This document shows, one piece after another, positions 53,881 through 64,000 of a stretch of 64,000 nt of DNA (positions are counted from its first letter, which is position 1; each line of letters starts with the position of its first letter). The DNA is from the human T2T-CHM13v2.0 reference genome, Homo sapiens: assembly GCF_009914755.1 (NCBI RefSeq), contig NC_060931.1. One strand, 5' to 3'. The notes under the pieces were generated by a model that was not told where the DNA came from, searched no databases, and saw nothing but the letters and a program-made list of their open reading frames with translations. The position numbers were made by a program, and so were the translations under genes.

Positions 53881-54239
53881 ATTATGGACTGAATGTTTAC
53901 GTTCCTCCAAAAATTATATGTTGAAATATTAACCCCCAGTGTGACAGAATGAGGAGATAGGGTCTTTGGGAGGCAATTAAGTCATGAGGATGGAGCCCTC
54001 GTGAATGAGATGAGTGCCCTTAGAAAAAGTACCACAGAGAGCCGTCTTACTCTCTTTCCACCATGTGAGGATACAAAGAGAAGATGGCCGTCTGTAGCAC
54101 TGAAGAAGGCCCTCATCAGAACTGGGCCAGGCTGTTCCCCTGATCTCAGACTTCCAGCCCCAGAACAGGGTAAATGTATGTTGTTTTTCAGCCACCAGTC
54201 TATGGTACTTTGTTATCGCAGCCCAAACTGACAAAGACA
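53881..54239 (+). mobile_element. MLT1A0-like MaLR LTR inserted in L2 sequence
   Basis: tatggactgaatgtttacgttcctccaaaa...ccatgtgaggatac...gtactttgttatcgcagcccaaactgacaaagaca. Confidence 0.85.
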
Positions 54240-55868
54240 GAAAGAAAGGGAAAAGATAAATTCAGTTTTTTACATTTTAAGCCTGAGAAGTCTATAGGAA
54301 ATCTAATTGAAGATACCTAGTTGGCAGTGGATATATGGATCTTGAACTGTAAAATTCTAATGTAAACTCACAAAAACATGGTGATTAGATTAGCATGGGG
54401 AGGGTGTTATCAAGTGAATAAACCATGTCTGTACGACTGCATTCAGATCTGAATGTCACATAACTGAAACTAGAATTTATCTGGAGGTGACCATAGTGTT
54501 GAAAGATTGAGAAACAATGTCATAAGAAAAATGGGATTAAGGACCTGAGTTGTTTAGTTAAGGAGATATGGGGAGGTTAAATTGTGCTTAGTGTTTTAAA
54601 GAGTAGTTAAATAGAGCAGGGAATTTATTTTACACTGCCTCAGTAGTCAGAATAGGACCAAATAGGTACATGTTATTCAGACATGGATGCTGATAATCAA
54701 AAATATTCCTTGTGGGAAAAGATTGTCCCATCAGGTAGTAAGTACCTATTTGAAGAAACATTGAAATATTGATAACTGCCCCTCGGTAGGGGTACTGTAG
54801 AGGTAATTCCTGTTCTGCATGGATTAAATGAGTCCATCAGAACTTGATAGCATTATAATTACACACATTACATTGTTTTATAATTTTTTATAAGGGTTTT
54901 TGTTACTAGTAGGTGTATTTTGAGATTTTCTTCATAAACTTGAAGTAAATAACTATTTTTCTTGGCATAAAACACTTAAGCCATTGCTAAGATGACAATT
55001 GCTGGAAATATGTAAGGAGTTTCTTTAAATATGAAACTACCTCCCATGAATGCTTCAGTTGTTTGAACAGAATGCAGTTGTTTACTTGCAGAAATTATTT
55101 ACTATATTATTGATTCCAAATATAGTAGAGTTTTTAAGTCCCCTTAAAAGAAAAATTTGAATATAAAATGTAGTTTCTCATTACTGGATTTACAATCTTT
55201 GTATCGCTCCCTGTTTTCTTTTTTTTTTTTTCCTTTTTTTTTTGGCCACTGGGAGTTTTGTTGCCAGCAATGAAATACAACCTTCATGTTGTACTGCGTA
55301 GGATAGATACTGTAAATTTCTGGTCTTGCTTTTCCATTGATCTGGATTGCCATTTGGGAATCCTGTTCAGCTGATCTTTATTTCCTGAGTCAGAAATTCT
55401 GTTTTACCCATCTTTGGGGTTTTCAGCAGCTATTCTCTGTGGGCTGTCAGGTATTGCACATGAAAGAGAAGGTTCAAAGGCATAGAAATAAGGTTCAGGG
55501 CTGAAATGTTTACACTGCATTTTAAAAAATTTTATAAACATTTCCTAAGCTGATGGATCAACATGAAAACTTAGTAGATCTAAGACCTTTTGTATGCTAT
55601 AGTATACATAACATTTGAATACACATAATTTTTAAGGAGTGGTAGGGGATTTATTACTTATGAATTTGATACAGAAATTACTTTTCTTGTATATGATTTT
55701 TCCGGTAAGCATAATTAACAACATTGTGTTTAACTTTATACATTTTTTTCACAGATTTATTTACCTGTTCTTATTCTGCCTTGTTTTGCAGCTGACGATT
55801 GGTATTGAATCATGGTGAAGTATAGCTTGCAATCAAATTAAGAAATTAACAGATCACTGGAAATTTTA

Positions 55869-56205
<337 letters not shown>

Positions 56206-57654
56206 AACAAGAACCACCATATTTCTGAGGTTTTGCCACTTTTTGTGTGGTCAACTATATATATTACATTGTAATGAAAATATTGATTTTTAAAGCAAAA
56301 TTGTAATGAAAGTACCAATATGGAAAAGGCAACTATAATAAATTTAGCACTTATTTAACATAGCATATTTTAATTAGAAATCTTTTATCATCCTGGGATG
56401 ATTAACAGTGTAGTTTACTAATGTGTCAGTAACTTGTTTGAACATAATCTGGTTCTCTCTGACTAGTTATGTATTACATATTTATGCATTATAAATGGTA
56501 GTTGGACAACTTTGTCACTTCTTTCAGATTTGTGTACAAACAAAATATTCAGTATGTAATATAAAAATTTGGTGAAGGTCTTATGTTTATTCTTACGTAC
56601 AAAATATTTGTAAAACATTTTTAAAAGCATTATAAAGTAAGCATTTGGGTTTTCTACCATACACAGCATTTTCTTATTAAGTAGAATTTTGACATTTTGT
56701 TAAGCTATGACAGAATCCATGCTTCTCGGAAGTTTACATATATTAAAAAACTTTTGACAACTTGATGCTCGTCTTCTCTATGGAATTATGGAAGAATTTA
56801 CAAAAGAGCCTGCAGGCTTAGCATCTGATATATCAAAATATTTTTGACTTGATTTTCCTTTTATGGGTTTCTTTCTTCCATTTTTATCCTCTCTCTCTCT
56901 CTGTTGCCTGTAAAATTTGCATAATGTAAATATATCCTCTAACTACAGTCAAAATGGTTATTTGGAGATATATTGTTTGGCCCTAGGAAGTAGGTAGTTT
57001 TATGAGGCAAAGAATACTGGAAACCACATAACACAGTTTGTCTTCTTTCACTCCTACTTACAAGCATAACTAGGATGTTCAATAAATTTAGGGGCATTTT
57101 CATATTAAATGCTATTCATACCAATCTCCAGATTTGAAAAGTTATAATAACCAGCATGTAAAAAACAATGGATGTTTATTTTAATTATGAGGTTCAAATA
57201 TTGGTTACAATCATTCTATAATTTAGTTTTAAAATTCAAATTCTTTTTTGGGAGGTTGATGCCCACAGTTCCTGGTATTTCTTGTACTATCTGGAAATGT
57301 ATTGGCTCTTTGGATCCAATGGTGCTCACAAAAGACTGATTAACACATGACATAATCTGTTGTTATAGATCTGCTTTCCAATAAACTTTTACGTATTTGT
57401 GCTCAGGCATTATGTTTTATCTATTTTTGTCCAAGATCAAGTGTGGTACATTTAAGAGGCAGTGAGCTAAGAATATGGTTGGCTTATTAAATGCAACATC
57501 TAAATAGTATACATTTTCTTCTCATCCTCATCCTCTTTCCTCTTCCCAACCCCCTCTCACCTCTGCCACCACCTCTGTTTTCTCCACCTTACCCCTTTCT
57601 CCATTCCCTCCATTCCTTATCCCTCCTCCTTTATCTACATCATTATGTCATCTA

Positions 57655-57880
57655 AATGTTGTGTGCTGAATGTGTGTAAGACACCTGTGATAATTGCTAC
57701 AATTCATGATTACTCTAATCCTCACTGCAACTCTGTGAGGCATACGTTTTACTGATTTTTAAGGACAAGGAAACAAGAATATAAGCATTAAATTAACTCT
57801 TCCAGCAATGCACAGCTAGAAAGCAGCAAAAGCAGAACTCAAACCCAGGTCTAATCCCTAATTCTGTGCAAATAACCACT
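57655..57880 (-). mobile_element. MIR
   Basis: taatcctcactgcaactctgtgagg...cacagctagaaag...gaactcaaacccaggtct. Confidence 0.6.
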
Positions 57881-59704
57881 ACCGACTTCCATCATGGAAT
57901 TACAGACTCAGCCTTTGGCTAGTTTGTGAATTTGTGTCACTAAACTTGTATGCCCCAGGATTTTATTTTATTTTTTAACCACCTGTCACATCATCTTATG
58001 ATCATCTTATGTCTAGCACTAGATGAAAGTTTGACTAAAAGTTTAAAATGAGTGGATGAATGAATGAATGACTGTCCTATCAGCATCCTATTATATAGTC
58101 AATAGTTAAAGATTGTTTAATCCATTCAGTATTTTAAAGAGAAAAAGGACATAGTTTTTCCTAGTTATTATTCAGAATGAATAGCAAGTTAATGACTAGA
58201 CAAATATTATTCCATCCCTTTAAATAGCTATATACTTAAGTGGAGTGTGAATCTTCTCTTTTGGACTTGTATTAAGCCTCACGTTAATATGGTTCCTAAA
58301 TGCTAATCTACAGTGGTAACAACTGAATCTGTGTTTCCCAGCATAGAAGTTTTCAGGAGGGAATAAATAATGATTTTGGAAAGGGAACTCAGAGATCTTA
58401 AAAATCCCCTCAGAAGACTAATCTTTCAGAAGTTCTCTCTGTGATATCTGATGTTGCTGTAGAGTACAAAGCTTCACCATAGCTTGGATCCCTGATGTTC
58501 AGTGAATCATGACTTCTGCCCTTCCTTCCCGCTAGCCTGCTCTCCCACACCAAGTTGAACCACTTTTTAATTTTAGAGAAGGGCATCAGTAGAGGGATTC
58601 CCTCTCTCAGTTTCAGATTGATAATGTACCAATTTGTGCACATGCCTACAGTGATCACATTGTTGTTCTTACTGCATAGAGCACCCATTTAGATGTACTA
58701 TGGATGTCATATCAAAAGACATTCAGTTCTAATAAGAATGTTACCTTAGTTTAGTGAAATTAATGTAAGATGAAATAACAGTTCAGTTGCATTTCATATG
58801 GATTCATTTAAGAACCTACTGCAAGTGAGGAAGGTAGTATGCTAGGTCTTAGGGTAACTTGAAGATGAGGACATAGTAATATTGTCAAGAAGCTTAAAAT
58901 ATAGTGGGATAAACAGATGTGTAAATAGATAATTAAAATGCAAGACCAAGTGAATTAAGTGCTAAATAGATAACCAGCAGCCTGTAGGGATATTCTATTC
59001 TAATTTGGGCTTCAGGAAAAAAATTATGGTGTAGATGGCACTTGAGCTTTGAATAATGTATAGATGCCTACTAGGTTTATTTATATAAACATTCAAAACT
59101 ATAGTAGCATACATAATCTCAGTATGAACTTATGTATGCATATGTATGTGTCAGTATGTATGTGTGCGTATGTGTCAATGTATAGTTACAGTGGGATTAG
59201 CATGTACCCTTCTAAATACTTTCATTTTCATGAAATATGAAAAAATAGAAGGGCTTGCAAAATAGCTCCTCCTTTAATTTATGCTATTAGAATCTTATTT
59301 TGACTTAGATGTTGGGTTTATCAACTAAAGCTATTTGCAGTCATTATTAAATAGTATAGTAACCTGACAAGTTCTTATAGTGACATGTGGGTATATGCAA
59401 AGTGAAATAATCATAAATTTCAGCAGAACCTGGTCATAAAAGGACATACATAATCTTGCAGTGAAAACCCTTAAATTCAGGACTTTGCAAGCTGTATATT
59501 ATTCAGTCAGTAACTGGCTTGGCTTAGATTTGTATGAATGAGTAGGAACCTATGTGAAGGAAGGCATAGATCATATATTCCTACCTGTGTCATCTTGAAA
59601 TGATTAAACCAAAATAACCCTCGGGTTTAGACCTATGTCTTTTAGATTCTCCCAATTCTCTCTCTCTGATTCCCTTCACTTTTTCTTTTCTTTTGGCTGA
59701 TGCA

Positions 59705-60245
59705 CTTATTAGTTATCTATTGTGGCATAACAAACTACTGCAAACTTTATTATCTCATAGTTTTTGGGGTTCAGGAATCTGGATATGGCATGGCTAGGAC
59801 CTCAGCCTCAGTGTCAGTTACAAGCTGCAATCAAGGTGTCAGTGAGTGCTGAAGTCTCATCTGAATGCTCAACTGGGAAAAGACCTGTTTCATTCCAATC
59901 TCACGTCGTTGTTGGCTGGATCCATTTCCTTGTGGGTTATTGGACTGAGGGCCTTTGTTCCTTGCTGGTTGTTGGATAAGTCCCCGTTTATTGCCACATG
60001 GGACTGAATATGAAAGCCTACTCTATCAAAGTCAACAAGAGAGTCAATAGAATCTGCTAGCAAGATGGGAGCTACACTCTTATGTAACAATCATGGTAGT
60101 AACATCTCATCACCCTCAATGGATCTTGTTTATTAGAAGCAAGTCACAGGTCCTTGCCATGGTCAAGGGGAAAAGATTATATAAGGGCACAGATACCCAG
60201 GAAGTGGAGATCACTGGAGGCTACCTTATGGTCTGTCTACCACAA
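59705..60245 (-). mobile_element. MLT1E/F-like MaLR LTR
   Basis: ttagttatctattgtggcataacaaac...gctgcaatcaaggtgtcag...ttagaagcaagtcacaggtcc...gtctgtctaccaca. Confidence 0.75.
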
Positions 60246-62845
60246 TGCCTAAAATTTCTTTTGGGTGCATAGGCCTATTCTATTACGATAGATAAAAGAC
60301 TTAGAATTCAGAAAGGTGTAACTCATCAATGTTAATTTTACTTGTCAGTGAACAAGTAAAATGATATCACATCTTTTTCTTTTATAATCTATACAGAATG
60401 TAAAGAGACGAAGAAGGTATTAGATTGATGAAGTAGAAGAGTTTGCCAACAAGGTAGAAACATGAAAAGAAGAACAGACTTTTTGAATTCATGAATTTTA
60501 TCTAAAATGTTCTTTGCTTTCATAAACTGCATAGAGATCAGTAGATGTTGTGCTTGATGTGTTCTGTGACTGTGTAATTATTGTAACTTTACTATGATTT
60601 AAAAAGAATGTAAAGTCACTGCTTCTTCCACTTTTCCTTTCCTCTTTTCTTCTCCCAGAATATTCCTTATTTAATGTATTACACTAGCTATACGTTTGTA
60701 GACAGTACTAGGAGATTAAAAAGAATAGAAATAAAGAAATGTGTAAGTAAAATGAACATATGTCTTGTTAAATGTGATTTTCAAAATAGTAATGATATAA
60801 ATTTTCTAGCTGGTTTCAGAAATGAAAACCAATAGTTCATGACATAGTTATCTGCATATATTGGAATGTTAGGGATAGGCCACAGGCTAATGATTGAACT
60901 GGTTTGAATAATGATCAGAGATCTGCATGTGGTAAACTCTTTTACTTTATTTTACTCCTTAATACCTGTTAAAATTTAAGGATATTTCTACAGTTGTTTC
61001 TGTTTCACAATCATAAGCTGTAAAAGACCTTGGTTTTAATGTGCAAACAAACCGAAGGAATTTTCTGCAACTCTTAATGGATACATTTCTCTCACTTAGT
61101 TACCATAATCATCTGTGCTTGATCATGGCCCGTTGTTACCCTGAAGAATGAATGAAATACAGCAGTGAAATTGACTTCAGGTCACCAACTCTTACCCTAA
61201 TATACAGAGCTACTGAATAGTCCCTTTTTAAATTTCTTTTTTTTTTTTTTGCCAAAAATGACCCATCTATTGTTTATGAAACAGATTCTTGGAGTTGGCC
61301 TTTCTTACATTTTTCAGTGTAAGTATTGTATTACTAAATTTATTTAAAAACTTTATTCTTCTATTTAGTTCTGAAAGTTTATTTTTTCCCTCAAATAACT
61401 CACTAGTCTGGGATCAAAACGCTCCAAAAATTGCATTTTAAAGTAATTTTATGATTAAATATATTTAGTCTCTTATCTTTATGGTCCTGAACATGTCCAT
61501 TTTAGTGTTTGGCCTAGATTAAAAATGCCCCAGGGACTCAAGGACAACGACTATGTAAATCTTTTTGTATAGCACTTCATAAAATTAAGCATTTAATAAA
61601 TGCTAATTGATTATGAAAACCCAGTTAAAAGTCTTCTGGGGAAACCAGAATTTTTAAACAACCAAATACAGCATCATAATATTTTAAAGACTCTCTAGTA
61701 TTCTGAAATGACTTTCTTCTTCATAGCAACTTTAGCCTTATTTCCCTTTTCATCCTCTCTATTTCTTATTAGGACATAAAAAACACTCTCTGTGCTTCCT
61801 TTGGCTGCAATACCTTGGATATCTGGCTGCCAGAACCTTTTCTTCTTGACTTGGTTATGTTGGTGATACTACATCCTCCTCTCTCATTTATTGCATTTGT
61901 CCTTTCCATTCAGGAAAGTGAAGAGAAAGTAGGACATACAGTATGGTAGATTATAGAGCAAGACGATACCTTAGGAATAACACATCCCAGCATTTTTAAT
62001 TGAGCCTTACACAAATAAGTGACTTGCCAAAGTTCACATATATATTTGGCAGACCCCAGAATGAAATTCAAGGGTTTTAACTGCAAGTTCTGTGTTTTAG
62101 TGAACTCAACCTTAATATTACTATCTTGCATGTTTGTCTTGCCATTTGTTGAGACCTGGAAACACAATTTGTATCAACTTGTTTGTGCATCCTTTCCATA
62201 ATCACACACATTGGTTACTGGATATTACAGTGATAGTGCAAATAGTCTGTTAGCCACTGTGCAACCATGGGTCAATGCCATATAGCAGGTCTTATTTGGA
62301 CTGCTTAGTAACTTGAGACTAAAAAAAAAATGTGTTTTTATAAAATAAAATAAAAATGCACTTTTACTACTTAAATGTGTGTTTTTGGAGTTCAAGTAAC
62401 TATCCTTTAATTTGAAGATGTGTTGCTCCAAGGGATGTCATCTTACTTTTTCTGGAAAGCTTGGAAGCTTATATTCGTGTACTCCTTTTTACTATTGTTT
62501 AGCACTATGGTGTTGGCCGAACTTTACAAATTAACCCTGTTTTGCTTTTTGTTGTTGTGTGATTGCTTTATATACCTTCACTGTTCTGTCATTAAGTAAA
62601 ATTTAAGCCTGCCAAGGCAGAAACTACCTGATTCACATACTGTAGAAATAAAAATATTAAAATATTTTCATAAATCAGGTACTACAGAAAAGATATGCAA
62701 AGGTAGAGATTTAATAAAAACTTTGAAAAATTATTTTTTAGTTTGAAGTATATTTTTTAGATGTCACTAAAACATCACAAAATAAAACCTGAAAACTTTT
62801 CTTGATGGGAAAAACAGGCACATTGTTTAAACTTTTAAAAAGTCT

Positions 62846-63135
62846 GCCTGGGTGTGGTGGCTCATGCCTGTAATCCCAGCACATTGGGAGACAAAGGTGG
62901 GAGGATTGCTTGAGCCCAGGAGTTCAAGACTAGCCTAGGTAATGTGGTGAAACCCCATCTCTACCAAAAAATAAAAATAAAATAAAATTAGCTAGGCGTG
63001 GTGGCATGTACCTGTAGCCCCAGCTACGCAGGAGACTAAGTTGGGAGGATGACTTGAGCCTGGGAGGCAGAGGTTGTAGCAAGCAGAGATCCCGCCACTG
63101 CACTGCAGCCTCAGCGACCAAAAAGGAAAATAAAA
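62846..63135 (+). mobile_element. AluJ
   Basis: gcctgggtgtggtggctcatgcctgtaatcccagc dimer. Confidence 0.9.
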
Positions 63136-64000
63136 ATCTCACTCTAGAACATACCAGAAAGATTTTCTATTAAAAAATTGACACAATTATGTAATTAGAT
63201 TCCATGAGTGTGCTATTTTGTACATGTGCCTAAAGTGTTCATTTTCCTCATTATTTGTGTAGGTTTTCTTTTCGTTTATGATTGAGGAAACAGAATTAGG
63301 AAAAAGAAAGTTTCTAGGCAAACTATTGCTAGTATTTCTTCACTATAAAATGAAACAAAATTCCTAGTTAAGTGTTAATTATTGCATAATATTGATATGA
63401 AAATGTAACTTAGAACATTTAAATTCTAGTCATCTGGGACTTTTAATATATTTATGGGTTTAACTTTTAGTGTGTGAAGTAGGCATTTTTGTAAATCACA
63501 TACTGTAGAAGTAAAAATATTAAAATATTTTCATAAATCAGGTACTACAGAAAATATATGCAAAGGCATCAGAATAGGTATTTGAGAAAATTGGGAATTT
63601 ATTTTTCTGGGAAAAATCGTAAACTGCTATTGAATTTCATTTTCATTTAATTTTTGAAAAGGAAATGTTGGCATTGTTATGCCAGATCATTATAAGCTTT
63701 ATTTCTACTACATTTTATCATAATGCTCACTGAGTATAAATAAACTCTGGTATGCTAAACCTAATAGCAATTAAACTGGAAGTGTTTGTGTTTCATCACT
63801 GTGAACTTCGCAGAAATGTTTCCATGACAACCTCCATGCTAGTTAAGACAACCAGAGGTGATCAACAGTTTACGTATTTTTTCTCTTGTAAGAATGGAAT
63901 TTGTGTTGACAGTTTTGGCCTTTAATGGCACTTTTGTTCCGTGTGAAAGTATTTGTTTACCAGATCATATGCTGTTAACTGTCAGGCTGAGGTAGAGTGA

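Noticed and set aside
55200-55460. Possible exon ending at CAG|GTATTG (55450) after a long pyrimidine tract; RASSF8 considered as the locus
   Set aside because: The pyrimidine tract has no well-placed AG and no acceptor gave the exon size I recalled; the FOXP2 architecture fits better
57520-57635. Polypyrimidine tract (and polypurine tract at 12875-12955) as H-DNA
   Set aside because: Imperfect, no clear mirror symmetry; common low-complexity sequence

Overview
Primate (very likely human) genomic DNA with no credible protein-coding exon. An AT-rich background carries ordinary interspersed repeats (Alu, L1, L2, MIR, MaLR/ERV LTRs, MER DNA transposons). Its centre is a large bipartite CpG-island promoter (~15.5-16.6 kb and ~17.4-20.85 kb). 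The island holds a non-coding + strand first exon ending at a canonical donor (19428|GTAAGT), a (CA)n tract just upstream, a CGG-rich tract in the following intron and a second donor at 20655. At least 43 kb of intron follows with no coding exon. From recalled locus architecture, not a database search, this best fits the far-upstream promoter, exon s1 and intron s1 of human FOXP2 (chr7q31). A full-length solo LTR12C (ERV9) lies ~9 kb upstream in antisense orientation. I found no clear novel multi-gene system. The most interesting leads are regulatory: forkhead (FOXP-type) motifs in the promoter suggesting autoregulation, a splice-dependent uORF in the first exon, the LTR12C with an apparently gained CRE, a candidate cassette exon/enhancer at ~28.9 kb, and several short local duplications and inverted repeats in the intron. 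Repeat subfamily names come from memory of consensus sequences and boundaries are approximate.
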